A DNA stretch of 63,547 nucleotides, the filler included, from an uncultured Acidimicrobiia bacterium (lineage in GTDB: Bacteria > Actinomycetota > Acidimicrobiia > Spongiisociales > JAOTWH01), in NCBI GenBank assembly GCA_964347285.1. It is 3 parts of 3 records of this genome, joined end to end, with 100 filler letters (N's around TTAATTAATTAA, not from the genome) between each part and the next. Parts side by side here need not be neighbours in the genome. Positions count along the whole stretch, not along the records: positions 24,438 to 48,346 come from CAYFYE010000033.1; 2 more parts are not named here. One strand, 5' to 3'. Under the pieces are notes generated by a model that was given only the letters and a program-made list of their open reading frames with translations, had not been told where the DNA came from and searched no databases. Numbering within the stretch: the stretch's first letter is position 1; the number at the start of each line of letters is the position of its first letter. Positions 32,293-42,689 of the stretch are shown piece by piece. Position numbers and translations under genes: made by a program.

Positions 32293-32883
32293 CTAGTCCT
32301 CCTTGCCAGACGTGCTGGACTTGGGCTTGGACCCGGTCGAGTCGCCGGACGCCTTGGAAGCGACCTGCTTCGATCCGGTCTTGGTGGTCTTCTTCTGGGT
32401 TGTCGCCTTCTTCTCCCCGCCTCCAGACGCCCTGGAGGCGGCCGGCTTCGCTCCAGCCTTGGCGGTCTTGGCCTGGCTCTTCGTGGCGGGCGCTTCCTTC
32501 TCGCCGCCCGGAGATGCCTCCTTGGCCTCGCTCTCAGCAACAGGCGCCTTCTTCTGTTGCCCGGTCTGTTTTGAGGGGCGCTTGATCTCGATCTTGGTCA
32601 CCTCGATGCGGCTGTACTTCTGTCGGTGGCCCTGTCGACGGCGATAGCCGCTCTTGGCTTTGAACTTCAGCACATCGACCTTGGGGCCGGCCGAGGGGCC
32701 CAGCACCTTGGCTACCACCCTGGCCGTCGCGAGATCCTCACGCCCCGACGTGACCTTTCCTTTGTCGTCGACGACCAGGAGCGGGGTGAACGTGAGCTCG
32801 TCACCCTTGACGCGCTCAATATCGAGGATATCGCCCTCGCTGACCTTGGCCTGCTTACCGCCGGCGCGAATGATGGCGTACAT
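32293..32883 (-). CDS. rplU: 50S ribosomal protein L21 with Lys/Ala-rich tail
   Basis: MYAIIRAGGKQ, RRQGHRQ. Confidence 0.96.
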   Translation of the reverse strand: MYAIIRAGGKQAKVSEGDILDIERVKGDELTFTPLLVVDDKGKVTSGREDLATARVVAKVLGPSAGPKVDVLKFKAKSGYRRRQGHRQKYSRIEVTKIEIKRPSKQTGQQKKAPVAESEAKEASPGGEKEAPATKSQAKTAKAGAKPAASRASGGGEKKATTQKKTTKTGSKQVASKASGDSTGSKPKSSTSGKED

Positions 32884-32918
32884 GGGTCACCGCTACGGAG
32901 ATGGAAGACCACCCAATT

Positions 32919-34439
32919 CTAGCTGGCAGCGGTTTTCGTCCTGGCCGCCTCAGAGCCCGGCATGGGCCGGCCGGTCGTTGCCGCTTCTTCGTAGAGGACC
33001 ACGCCTCGGCCACCGCAGCGGTCGCAGACCTCCGAGAAGGATTCCACCAGGCCCTCGGAAACGTTCTTCCGGGTCATCTCGACCAATCCCAGCTCCGACA
33101 CCTCGAACACCTGGGTCCGGGTACGGTCCTTGGCCAACTGCTCTCGCAGCACCGTCAGCACGGCTTGTCGATTGCGCTCGATCTCCATATCGATGAAATC
33201 GATGACGATGATCCCGCCGATGTCGCGCAGCCGGAGCTGCCGGGCAATCTCCTCGGCGGCCTCCAAGTTGTTCTGAAAGACGGTCTCTTCCAAATTGGAG
33301 TGGCCGACAAAGCGGCCGGTGTTGACATCGATGACGGTGAGTGCCTCGGTGCGGTCGATGACCACGTGGCCGCCCGAAGGCAGCCATACCTTTCGATCGA
33401 GGGCCTTGCGCAGCTGGTCCTCGACATGGAACCTCTCGAAGAGAGGCACCTCGTCCTCGTATAGCTTCACCTTGTTGGCCAGCTCGGGTTCCGTGCTGCG
33501 CAGGTAATCGATCACCCGCCGGTAAGTGTCCTTCCCGTCAACGAGCAGGCGGCGAAAATCCCTGGTGAAGTTCTCTCTGATGACGCGTATCTCGAGGGGC
33601 GGCTCCTCGTAGAGGAGTCGGGGGCCGCTCCCGGTCTGAGCCTTCTCCTCGATCGTGTTCCATGCTGCAACGAGCCGCTTCATGTCGGCCTCGAGATCGT
33701 CGACCTCGACGCGCTCGGCGGCGGTGCGGACGATCACGCCAAAGCCGGGAGGACGGAGCTGGCCGATGATCTTGCGGAGGCGTTCCCGTTCACTGTCGGG
33801 AAGGCGGCGGCTGATCCCCTTGATGTCCGCCCCGGGGCTGAGCACCAGATAGCGCCCGGCCAGACTCACCTCGTTGCTCAGTCGGGCCCCTTTGTGGCCC
33901 ATGGCGTCCTTGGTCACCTGGACCATGACCTCGTCGCCGACCGAAAGCGCTTGTTCGATCCGACGGCGGCCGCCGCCGTCGCTACGCACATCGCCGGCAT
34001 AGAGAACGCCGTTCTTGCCCTCACCGAAGTCGACGAAGGCGGCCTCCATGCCGGGAAGTACGTTGCGGACACGCCCCAGGTACACGTTGCCGACCAGCGA
34101 CTGCTTGTCGGAGCGGGCCACGTAGTGCTCGACCAGCACCGGTCCCTCCAGCACAACGATTTGGATCTGATGCGGCAGTGTGCGCACCAGCATCTGGGTC
34201 CGAGCAGTCTCGACAGGCGGCGCGGCCTCTACGGCTTCGGGCCGGGCTTCGACTTCGGGACGGGGCCGACGCCGTTTGCGCTCTCTGGGCTTTTCTTTAG
34301 TCGGTGGTTGCTGTTGCTGGCGAACCCGTCGAATGGTCACCTGGTCGCGCCCCACCTTGCGAGTGGATCGCTCTTCCAGGGCCTCCTCTCCGACGCCGCG
34401 CCGGACGACCTTGGGGGTCCTGCGGGGAAACAGAGGCAT
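32919..34439 (-). CDS. rne: Ribonuclease E/G family
   Basis: GNVYLGRV..LPGMEAAFVD (S1 domain), TVIDVNTG, RLRDIGGIIVIDFIDM, CxxC. Confidence 0.92.
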   Translation of the reverse strand: MPLFPRRTPKVVRRGVGEEALEERSTRKVGRDQVTIRRVRQQQQPPTKEKPRERKRRRPRPEVEARPEAVEAAPPVETARTQMLVRTLPHQIQIVVLEGPVLVEHYVARSDKQSLVGNVYLGRVRNVLPGMEAAFVDFGEGKNGVLYAGDVRSDGGGRRRIEQALSVGDEVMVQVTKDAMGHKGARLSNEVSLAGRYLVLSPGADIKGISRRLPDSERERLRKIIGQLRPPGFGVIVRTAAERVEVDDLEADMKRLVAAWNTIEEKAQTGSGPRLLYEEPPLEIRVIRENFTRDFRRLLVDGKDTYRRVIDYLRSTEPELANKVKLYEDEVPLFERFHVEDQLRKALDRKVWLPSGGHVVIDRTEALTVIDVNTGRFVGHSNLEETVFQNNLEAAEEIARQLRLRDIGGIIVIDFIDMEIERNRQAVLTVLREQLAKDRTRTQVFEVSELGLVEMTRKNVSEGLVESFSEVCDRCGGRGVVLYEEAATTGRPMPGSEAARTKTAAS

Positions 34440-34652
34440 GTAGAACTCCGAATAGGTGGACGGTTGACTGGACGCGGCCGGTCGACGGCGAAGCGGCAGC
34501 CGGAGGTGGGGTCGACGCGCCGGGTGCGCTCCGGGGTGGGAGCGCCATCGGTATGGCTGCGTCGTGCACGGTGAACTCCGTTCTGGCCCTAAGGAACCGG
34601 ACCGGCCTGCGGTCCACTGGGCATGTTAGCAATGCCCGGTCGTCTCATCGGC

Positions 34653-35243
34653 TCAGGCCTCGACGATCTCGAGCCTTTCCTGGCGGACTTCGGTGGGGTC
34701 GTAGCACCGACGGCACCTCGCCTCGTACGCGCCGGTAGCTCCCAGTACCACCAGATCGTCGGAGTCGATGACCCGCTGAGTAAACATCCCCGCCCCACCA
34801 CAGCGATGACACACGGCCAGCATCTTCTGTACATACTCGGCTCTGGTCATCAGCGTGGGGACCGGCTCGAAGGGTCGACGCAGGTAGTCGAGGTCGAGGC
34901 CGGCCACCACGACCTGTTTGCCGGCGGCGGCCAGCGTCTCCGCCACCTCGACCAGACCCCGATCGAAGAACTGGGCCTCATCGACACCGACTACCCGGGT
35001 ACGATCCTCCACCGATCGGAGCAAGGCCCCCGAGTCGTCGACCGGCTGAGCGGCGACTGAAAGAGCACTGTGGGAAACCACCTCCGTGTCGGCGAAGCGG
35101 TCGTCGAGGGCCGGCTTGAAGGTCTGGGCAGGGATTCGGGCGATGTGGAAGCGGGTCATCCGCCGGATCAGCTCTTCGCTCTTGCCCGAGAACATCGGGC
35201 CACAGATGACCTCGATCCAGCCTTGATCGCCCCGCCGCTCCAT
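34653..35243 (-). CDS. tdk: Thymidine kinase
   Basis: CGPMFSGKSEEL, DEAQFF, AGLDLD, YEARCRRC. Confidence 0.94.
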   Translation of the reverse strand: MERRGDQGWIEVICGPMFSGKSEELIRRMTRFHIARIPAQTFKPALDDRFADTEVVSHSALSVAAQPVDDSGALLRSVEDRTRVVGVDEAQFFDRGLVEVAETLAAAGKQVVVAGLDLDYLRRPFEPVPTLMTRAEYVQKMLAVCHRCGGAGMFTQRVIDSDDLVVLGATGAYEARCRRCYDPTEVRQERLEIVEA

Positions 35244-35306
35244 GCGGTGGGAGAGTAACAGTTGAATCCTGGCCGTCACCGAATGGGAACGGCGCGGTCC
35301 GGGGTC

Positions 35307-36476
35307 CTACAGCAACCGCCTCTCCCCGGGGACCGGCGACCAATGAACCTTGAAGGAATGGGCGAGGCCGACGGCCAGAGCCATCGCCAGATAGGCCGAG
35401 CCGCCCTGGCTCATGAAGGGAAGGGGCAGCCCGGTCACGGGCACCAACCCGAGGGTCATTCCCACATTGACGAACGTGTGAAAGCCCAACAACGTTGCTA
35501 CCCCAGAGGCGAGGAGGCGACCGAACCGACTGTTGGCGTTAGCAGCGATCATGAGGAGCCGCCACACGATCACGGTGTAGAGAAGCAGTACCAGTGCAGC
35601 CCCCACGAATCCGAGTTGCTCGCCGACGGCGGTGTAGATGAAGTCTGTCGTCTGGTGAGGTACGAACGAGAGGTTGGTCTGATCTCCCTCGAACAGACCC
35701 TTGCCGAACAGGCCTCCACTCCCAATTGTCATCCGGCTCTGGAATTGGTTGTAGTTGACGGTGGCGAGGTCGGCGCTGGCGTCCAGGAACGCGGTCAGCC
35801 GAGCGATTTGGTACTCCCGGAATTGAAAGAGCCCGGTTTGCAGCATGACCAGCGCGGCCACGGAGCCGGCGGCCACCGTAGTGAGCAGCTGACGCAGCGA
35901 AGCTCCGCCCACGAACATCATCACGAGAGCGATGAAGCCGAAGACCAGCGTCGTCCCCAGGTCCGGCTGGTAGGCGATGAGGAGGGCGGGCAGGGCGGTG
36001 AGCGCTGCGATCTGGCCGATCCGGGCCCAGCTCATCTGGCCGTCGGGGTCGTTACCCAGCAGGGCTGCCAGAGCCAGGATGAGCGCCGGCTTGGCAAACT
36101 CGGCAGGCTGGAGCTGGAAGAACCCCACCTGGATCCAGCGCTGGGCTCCCCGCACCTCTACCCCTACGGCGGTCACGACCAGAAGCAACAGGAGCAACGC
36201 CGTGCCGTACACAATGGGAGCCGCCAGCCGCAAAGGGCGTTCCTCGACCAGCGAGGCGACGACAAACAGCACCGCACCGGCGATTATGAACACGAGCTGA
36301 CGCTGCAAGTCCTCGTTGGTGGAAAGGCCCAAGGTCTCGAGCCGGGGCGCCGACGCGCTGAAGATCATCAGGGCGCCCAATGCCGAGAGGGCCACCACGG
36401 CGCCGACCAGCAGGAGGTCGGGCCGCATCCGCTGGCGGCGTTCGGTCATCGCGGCGCTCTCGATGAGAACGCCCAT
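35307..36476 (-). CDS. rodA: SEDS peptidoglycan glycosyltransferase RodA
   Basis: GAQRWI, QPAEFAK, QPDLGT, TDFIY, GLPLPFMSQGGS. Confidence 0.94.
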   Translation of the reverse strand: MGVLIESAAMTERRQRMRPDLLLVGAVVALSALGALMIFSASAPRLETLGLSTNEDLQRQLVFIIAGAVLFVVASLVEERPLRLAAPIVYGTALLLLLLVVTAVGVEVRGAQRWIQVGFFQLQPAEFAKPALILALAALLGNDPDGQMSWARIGQIAALTALPALLIAYQPDLGTTLVFGFIALVMMFVGGASLRQLLTTVAAGSVAALVMLQTGLFQFREYQIARLTAFLDASADLATVNYNQFQSRMTIGSGGLFGKGLFEGDQTNLSFVPHQTTDFIYTAVGEQLGFVGAALVLLLYTVIVWRLLMIAANANSRFGRLLASGVATLLGFHTFVNVGMTLGLVPVTGLPLPFMSQGGSAYLAMALAVGLAHSFKVHWSPVPGERRLL

Positions 36477-38401
36477 CAGTCGGCCTCCTCCCCCGCCACC
36501 ACCGGACCGGGCTCGAGGCCGAGGAGGGCCTGCAGCACCTTGCGAGCCGTCGGAGCGGCGATCTTGCCCCCGCTCCCGCCGCGCTCGATCACGACCGCCA
36601 CGACGAACTCCGGGTCGTCGATGGGAGTCACCCCGACGAACCAAGCGCTGTCGACATCCGGCTCGCCCGGGCCACCCTTGATCACCTCGGCCGTGCCCGT
36701 CTTTCCTCCGACGAGCTCCACCTGCGGGCCGAAGTCGGCGAATGCGGATCGGGCGGTCCCGGTGGGACCGTTGACCACCGACCGGAGGTCCCGGCGCAGC
36801 ATCGTCACCGTCGCCGGGTTCAGCCCCAGCCGGCGAATCGGCTTCGGGGGATTCTCGAACACGGTCTCGCCTTCCCCGTCGAGCACTCGATCCACCACCC
36901 GCGGTTGCCACAGGGTTCCGCCGTTGACCAGTGCCGCATAGGCGTTGGCGACCTGAAGCGGCGTCGTCGAAAGGGCCCCCTGACCGATCACCACGTTCAT
37001 GACGTCGCCCCCCGACCAGGCCCCCTCGGCCCTCACCCGGCCCGGGGTCTCGCGCTGCACCCGCTCGAACCATTCCCGGTCGGGTACGAGGCCGGCCTGC
37101 TCGAAGGGGAGGTCGATCCCGGTCGGCGATCCAAACCCGAGCTGCTCTGCCCAACGTTGGAGGGCGGCCTCGTCGAACTCGCGGTCACGACCACGCCAGA
37201 TCCGAAGAGCGATTTCCCAGAAGTAGAGGTCGCATGAGGCCTCCAGGGAGCGATGCAAGTCCACAGAACCGTGACCGTCGGGGGTCCAGTCGTTGTAGAC
37301 GTTGGGACTCCCGTCCTGGAAGAGGAACTCGAGGCGGCCCGAGCAGAAATAGTTCTCATCATGGCCGGTCAACGGCGGCCGGCTCGGGTCTTGTTGGGGA
37401 TAAATGCCTTCTTCGACGGCGAGGCTGTATGCGACCACCTTGAAGGTCGAAGCCGGGGCATAGCTGCCCTGGATGGCGAAGTTGTTGAAGGCTCCCTTGT
37501 CCTGGAGTTGCTCCCACTTGTCCTGGGTGAGGCCGCCCACGAAGATGCTGGGGTCGAACGACGGCACCGACGCCATTGCCACAACGGAGCCGTTGCGAGC
37601 GTCGAGCACGACCCCGGAGGCCCTAATCGCCGGCTCCCCCTCGGACCTCGCCAGAACCAGGCCCTCGGCCAACGCCGCCTCCAGGACCGCTTGGTATTCG
37701 GCGTCGATGGTGGTGATCACCGTTCCTCCGGCCTCGGGCATTTGCTCGCCGACCACGCTGAGGATCTCCCGCTCGGCATTGATGCGATATTTGGTCAGCC
37801 CCCGAGTCCCCCGGAGCCAGATGTCGTAGGCGTTCTCGACGCCGAACTTGCCCACCCGATCGGGCATCTCGGCACCGGGCAGATCGAGATCGCCCTCTTC
37901 GGGGCTGCCGACATAGCCGATCACGTGGGCGGCCAGAGTTCCTTCCGGATAGGTCCGGACCGGGATCGGTTCGACGCGAACGCCGGGGAAGTCCTCGGCG
38001 TGCTCGATGATGAAGAGGGCGTCGGCGGAATCGACGTCGGTCTGGATGTTGGTGAGCGCACCCTCACGGGCCTCGTTGAAGCGGGCTCGCACCTCGATGG
38101 CCGGTATGTCCAAGAGCCCGGCTACCTTCTGAATGACCTCGTCCTCTCTCTCGGCGGTGAGGAGCTGGCGGTCGACGACCACCGACAACGAGGTGCGGCT
38201 GCCGGCCAGGAGCCGTCCATCCCGATCGAGGATCTCTCCCCGGGGGGCAGGCGACGACACCAGCCGGATCTGTTGGCGCTCCGCCTGCTCTTCGAACTCG
38301 GCGGCGCTGGTCACCTGCAGGAACCACAGCCTGAGGGTGAGTACCGCAAAAAGCCCGACGAAAGCCAAACCGAGCGCGGCCAGCCTCCAGCCCGGTCTCA
38401 C
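36476..38401 (-). CDS. mrdA: Penicillin-binding protein 2
   Basis: APRGEILDR, STFK (SxxK), SCD (SxN variant), KTGT. Confidence 0.93.
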   Translation of the reverse strand: MRPGWRLAALGLAFVGLFAVLTLRLWFLQVTSAAEFEEQAERQQIRLVSSPAPRGEILDRDGRLLAGSRTSLSVVVDRQLLTAEREDEVIQKVAGLLDIPAIEVRARFNEAREGALTNIQTDVDSADALFIIEHAEDFPGVRVEPIPVRTYPEGTLAAHVIGYVGSPEEGDLDLPGAEMPDRVGKFGVENAYDIWLRGTRGLTKYRINAEREILSVVGEQMPEAGGTVITTIDAEYQAVLEAALAEGLVLARSEGEPAIRASGVVLDARNGSVVAMASVPSFDPSIFVGGLTQDKWEQLQDKGAFNNFAIQGSYAPASTFKVVAYSLAVEEGIYPQQDPSRPPLTGHDENYFCSGRLEFLFQDGSPNVYNDWTPDGHGSVDLHRSLEASCDLYFWEIALRIWRGRDREFDEAALQRWAEQLGFGSPTGIDLPFEQAGLVPDREWFERVQRETPGRVRAEGAWSGGDVMNVVIGQGALSTTPLQVANAYAALVNGGTLWQPRVVDRVLDGEGETVFENPPKPIRRLGLNPATVTMLRRDLRSVVNGPTGTARSAFADFGPQVELVGGKTGTAEVIKGGPGEPDVDSAWFVGVTPIDDPEFVVAVVIERGGSGGKIAAPTARKVLQALLGLEPGPVVAGEEAD

Positions 38402-38913
38402 AACGCCCAGCTCCGGGTTCGGCGGCGGACCCGCATGAGCCAGCCCATGCCGGGCAGCACCGGGAAGGCGAGCAGTGCGGTGTACACCGCGGACAAAACG
38501 AGGATTCGCCACACCCCGGGATCTTTGAGAGGCTGCTCACCAAACAACGTCGCCACCCCGAGGAAGAGTCCCCCGCCGATCAAACCCAACACGAACACCG
38601 ACGCCACCTGGAGCACGAGTCGCTCCGCGGTTCGATCACTGAGGCGGACGGACAGGTAGGCGACCACAGTAAGGACCAATGCCCACAGCCCGAGAGGAGA
38701 GCCTCCCAAGACATCGATCAGCAGGCCTCCGGTGAACCCCAAGAAAATGCCTTGCTCCGGAGTCAAGTAGCGGACCGAGGCCACCACCGCCAGCAGCACG
38801 AGGTTGGGGGCCACCCCGAACAGGCGGGCCTGATTGTTGACGAACAAGGTCGTTTGGAGAACGACTGCCAGCACCACCATCAGAAGCGACAGGGCGGGGG
38901 CTCGTTGTCTCAC
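38398..38913 (-). CDS. mreD: Rod shape-determining protein MreD
   Basis: Hydrophobic protein with PNLVLL and GFTGGLLID; lies between mreC and mrdA. Confidence 0.88.
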   Translation of the reverse strand: MRQRAPALSLLMVVLAVVLQTTLFVNNQARLFGVAPNLVLLAVVASVRYLTPEQGIFLGFTGGLLIDVLGGSPLGLWALVLTVVAYLSVRLSDRTAERLVLQVASVFVLGLIGGGLFLGVATLFGEQPLKDPGVWRILVLSAVYTALLAFPVLPGMGWLMRVRRRTRSWAL

Positions 38914-39851
38914 CGGGCACCGTCCCCGGGTGGGGCCTGTTCACCGTCGAGGAGTTCGCTCGGGAGAGGCTCCACCTCGGTGGGCAGCTCCTCGACGGGC
39001 ACGCTCTCGACATCTTCGGCCTGCTCCCCCTGACGCGTCTCGATGAGGACTTTGACGAAGTCCAGCTTGCCGACATCGATGATCGGCTCGACCGAGGTGC
39101 GAAGCGCGAAGCCGGCCTCGGCCCGAGCCGCATCGGTGATCGTGCCGACGACGAGGTCGGGAGGAAAGCGGCCCCCGGCGGTGAGCACCCGGTCGCCGGG
39201 CCCCACCGCCTCGGTGACGTCGAACATCTCCAGTGTCAACGCACCCGTCCCCCGGCCCGATACCCACCCGGTTTCGTTGGTGCGGCCGACGCGCACCCCG
39301 ACCTTGACGCTGGGGTCGGTGATCAGGCGGACCCGGGCCGAGTTGGGGAACACTGCATCGATCCGACCCACCAGGCCCCGTTCATCGACCACCGGCATGC
39401 CGACCCCAATGCCGTCATCAGAGCCCTTGTCGATGCCCCGAACGTTGTCGAAGCCAGAAGGGCCGACGGCAAAGATGCGTGCCGTGATCGTGTCGATGCC
39501 CTCACCAACCTGGAGATTGTGGATCTTCTCGAGCTCGGCCAGCCTGGCTCGCAGCGACTCCGTGTCGGCGAGCTCCTGGATGAGCTGACCGACTTCCTCT
39601 TGGAGGGCTTCGTTCTCGCTCCGCAGACTGGCCAGATTGGCCACGCCGTCGATGAAGCCGACCACCGGCCGGGTGACCGTGCCTGCCACCTTCTGAATCG
39701 GTGTGAAGATGGCTTCAGCGCCGTTACGCAGGGCCTGACCGAGACCTCCCACCTGGGAGGTTTGCACGTCGTAGGTGGCGAGGACGAACGAGAGAATCAC
39801 GAGGCCGATGAAGACCACGTGAATCCGATCAGGGCGGTGAAACCTCAGCAT
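38910..39851 (-). CDS. mreC: Rod shape-determining protein MreC
   Basis: Transmembrane helix, coiled coil, IDKGSDDGI..GLVGRI..VRLITD. Confidence 0.92.
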   Translation of the reverse strand: MLRFHRPDRIHVVFIGLVILSFVLATYDVQTSQVGGLGQALRNGAEAIFTPIQKVAGTVTRPVVGFIDGVANLASLRSENEALQEEVGQLIQELADTESLRARLAELEKIHNLQVGEGIDTITARIFAVGPSGFDNVRGIDKGSDDGIGVGMPVVDERGLVGRIDAVFPNSARVRLITDPSVKVGVRVGRTNETGWVSGRGTGALTLEMFDVTEAVGPGDRVLTAGGRFPPDLVVGTITDAARAEAGFALRTSVEPIIDVGKLDFVKVLIETRQGEQAEDVESVPVEELPTEVEPLPSELLDGEQAPPGDGAR

Positions 39852-39881
39852 GACAGGGCCGGGAGGATGGTTGCGGCGGGG

Positions 39882-40913
39882 TCAGGGACGGCCGCTGGAA
39901 ACGAGGACTCCCTGCAGCACATCGAACTCTTCCAGACACTGGCCAGACCCGATCACAACCGACTGCAGGGGACGGTCGGCGATGACGATCGGCATGCCGG
40001 TCTCCGAGGCGAGCCGCATTCCCAGGCCCCTGAGCAGCGAACCACCTCCCGTGGCGACTATACCCCTCTCGATGATGTCGGCGGCCAGCTCTGGAGGTGT
40101 CTTGTCCAGAGTGAACTTGACCGCATCGACGATGGCCTGAACCGGCTCATCGATGGCCTCCCGGAGTTCATGGCCGGATAGCACGATGGTCTTGGGAAGA
40201 CCGGTGATGAGGTCGCGGCCCCTCACCTCGGCCGCCGGCTCGTCGGCGAACGGCCACGCCGAGCCAATCGCCATCTTCACCTGCTCGGCGGTGCGCTCGC
40301 CGAGCATGACGTTGTACTCCTTCTTCACCCACTGGATGATCGCTTCGTCGATTTCGTCGCCGCCGATGCGGATGCTCTTGGAGGTGACGATGCCACCCAG
40401 TGAGATCACCGCCACCTCAGTGGTCCCGCCTCCAACGTCGACCACCATCGAACCCGACGGCTCGTGCACGGGCAGCGCCGTCCCGATTGCCGCCGCCATC
40501 GGCTCCTCGATCGTGTAAGCCCGGCGGGCGCCGGCGTGATAGGCGGCCTCCTCCACGGCCCGGCGCTCGACCCCGGTGATGCCCGAGGGAACGCACACGA
40601 CGATGCGGGGTCGAGCCCAGCGCCGGCGGTGGACTTTCTGGATGAAGTACCGAAGCATCTTTTCGGTGATGTCGAAGTCGGCGATGACACCGTCGCGCAG
40701 CGGCCGAATGGCCTGGATGTAGGAGGGTGTTCGGCCGATCATCCGCTTGGCCTCCATCCCCACGGCCAGGGGGCGTGAGTCGCGGGTGTTGATCGCTACC
40801 ACGGACGGTTCATTGAGAACGATGCCCTGGCCCCGCACGTACACCAGCGTGTTGGCAGTGCCGAGATCGATGGCCATGTCGCGGCCGGCTACGGAGAGGA
40901 GACTGTCGACCAT
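39882..40913 (-). CDS. mreB: Actin-like protein MreB
   Basis: IDLGTANTL, EPSVVA, IEEPMAAAIG, DVGGGTTE, TGGGSLL. Confidence 0.97.
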   Translation of the reverse strand: MVDSLLSVAGRDMAIDLGTANTLVYVRGQGIVLNEPSVVAINTRDSRPLAVGMEAKRMIGRTPSYIQAIRPLRDGVIADFDITEKMLRYFIQKVHRRRWARPRIVVCVPSGITGVERRAVEEAAYHAGARRAYTIEEPMAAAIGTALPVHEPSGSMVVDVGGGTTEVAVISLGGIVTSKSIRIGGDEIDEAIIQWVKKEYNVMLGERTAEQVKMAIGSAWPFADEPAAEVRGRDLITGLPKTIVLSGHELREAIDEPVQAIVDAVKFTLDKTPPELAADIIERGIVATGGGSLLRGLGMRLASETGMPIVIADRPLQSVVIGSGQCLEEFDVLQGVLVSSGRP

Positions 40914-40976
40914 TAGGGAGGGGCCCTTGGGCGTCCGCAAGAGAATAGTCCGCGGCAAAGGGCGATGCGCCGGCGC

Positions 40977-41381
40977 CTAGCCGAAGAAGAGTGCGAGCTC
41001 TCGCGCCGCGCTTTGAAGCGAGTCGGCGGCGTGAACGATGTTGTGGGAGATCTCGAGCCCGTAGTCTCCTCGGATCGTGCCCGGCGCCGCCTGGGCGGGA
41101 TCGGTTGCCCCGACCAGCTCACGTACAACGGCCACCGCCCCATCGCCGGACCACTCGCTGGCTACCACCGGTCCGCTGATGATGAACGAAACCAGCTCCT
41201 CGTGGAACGGCTTGCCCTCGTGTTCGGCGTAGTGGCGCATAGCCAGCTGTTCGTCGATGACGAGGCGCCGGATCTTCTCCAACCGCAGCCCTTTGCGCTC
41301 CAGCCGAGAGATGACCTCGCCCACCAGACCACGGGCAGTGCCGTCGGGTTTGACCATCACGAAGGTGTGCTCAACCGCCAT
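40977..41381 (-). CDS. ndk: Nucleoside diphosphate kinase
   Basis: TFVMVKPDG, PGTIRGDY, NIVHAADS. Confidence 0.95.
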   Translation of the reverse strand: MAVEHTFVMVKPDGTARGLVGEVISRLERKGLRLEKIRRLVIDEQLAMRHYAEHEGKPFHEELVSFIISGPVVASEWSGDGAVAVVRELVGATDPAQAAPGTIRGDYGLEISHNIVHAADSLQSAARELALFFG

Positions 41382-42687
41382 GCGGGCCGGGATGGTAGCC
41401 GGTAGCACGCCCCGCCCCCCGGACCGCGCCGGCCAGGTACAGGGAGCCGGCCACCAGGACCGAACCGTCGGCGCCCGCTTCGACGAGGGCACGCTCCAGC
41501 GCTTCGGCCACCGACGGAGCGGCGCTGACCGCCAGCCCGGTCACCGTGCCGACGACTCGGGCGGCCCGATCGGCTCTCAGCGCCCGCTCCGAGGGCGGCG
41601 CCACCGTAACCACTGAGGAGACCCTCGGGGCGATGGCTTCGAGCATGCCGGCAGCGTCCTTATCCGCCATGGTCCCAAACACCAATACCCAGTGGTGGGT
41701 CGGGAACTCGAGGGCCAGGGTGGCGGAAAGGGCTTCGAAGCCGTCGGGATTGTGGGCGCCGTCGACCACCAAGAGGGGAGCCTTCACCAGGACCTCGAGG
41801 CGGCCCGGCAGCTCGATCGACGCCGCCGCAGCCCGGACCGCCTCGAGGTCGAGGCTGCGGCCCGTCAGCTCTTCGCAGGCCGCCACGGCAACGGCCAGAT
41901 TGTCCACTTGATGCCGACCATGCACCCCGAGGAAGACATCGTCGTAGCTCTCGTGGATTCCCTCGAGGTCGAGGTGCCAGCCCCCCACTGCCGGAACGGC
42001 GTGCTCGATGCGGAATTCAGTCCCCAGACGGCTCCAGCGGGCTCCGGTCTCGGCCACCCGGCCCGCTATCGCCGGCGCGGAAGCTTCCGGCAGGGTTCCG
42101 CTGACCAGGGTCCCCCCATCTTTGAGAATTGCCACCTTTTCCGCGGCGATATCAGCTTCGGTCTGGCCGAGATACTCGGTGTGGTCCACGCCGATGCTGG
42201 TGACGACGGCTACTTCGGAGTCGAGAACGTTGGTGGCGTCCAGGCGCCCCCCCAACCCGACTTCTACGACGGCGGCGTCGACGGCCCGGTCGGCGAACCA
42301 GGCGAGGGCAAGTGCCGTCGTCAATTCGAAATAGGTAACGGCTTGACCGGACCGCTCCTCGTAGAACTCGCAGATGGGGGCGACGTCGGTCATGGCAGCC
42401 GCGAAGTCGTCCGGCGCCATTGCGACCCCGTTGAGGGCGAACCGCTCCTCGACTCGCTCCAGGTGCGGCGACGTGAACGAGCCCACCGACAGTCCATGAG
42501 AGGCCAGCAGGGCTGCGGCCAGTGCGACCGTTGAGCTCTTGCCGTTGGTACCGGCGACGTGGATGACCGGGTAAGCGTGATGAGGATCGGCCAGTACGTC
42601 GAGCAGGCCGGAGATGCGCTCCAAACCCGGCTTGACGCCGTGGCCGATGCGGGCGTCGAGGAAGGCGACGGCTTCGTCGTAGTCCGT
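41371..42687 (-). CDS. folC: Folylpolyglutamate/dihydrofolate synthase (probable ACG start)
   Basis: HVAGTNGKSS, FTSPHL, EVGLGGRLDATN, DGAHNP, AGSLYLAG; valS-folC-ndk order. Confidence 0.94.
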   Translation of the reverse strand, partial: TDYDEAVAFLDARIGHGVKPGLERISGLLDVLADPHHAYPVIHVAGTNGKSSTVALAAALLASHGLSVGSFTSPHLERVEERFALNGVAMAPDDFAAAMTDVAPICEFYEERSGQAVTYFELTTALALAWFADRAVDAAVVEVGLGGRLDATNVLDSEVAVVTSIGVDHTEYLGQTEADIAAEKVAILKDGGTLVSGTLPEASAPAIAGRVAETGARWSRLGTEFRIEHAVPAVGGWHLDLEGIHESYDDVFLGVHGRHQVDNLAVAVAACEELTGRSLDLEAVRAAAASIELPGRLEVLVKAPLLVVDGAHNPDGFEALSATLALEFPTHHWVLVFGTMADKDAAGMLEAIAPRVSSVVTVAPPSERALRADRAARVVGTVTGLAVSAAPSVAEALERALVEAGADGSVLVAGSLYLAGAVRGAGRATGYHPGPHGG

Positions 42688-42689
42688 GG

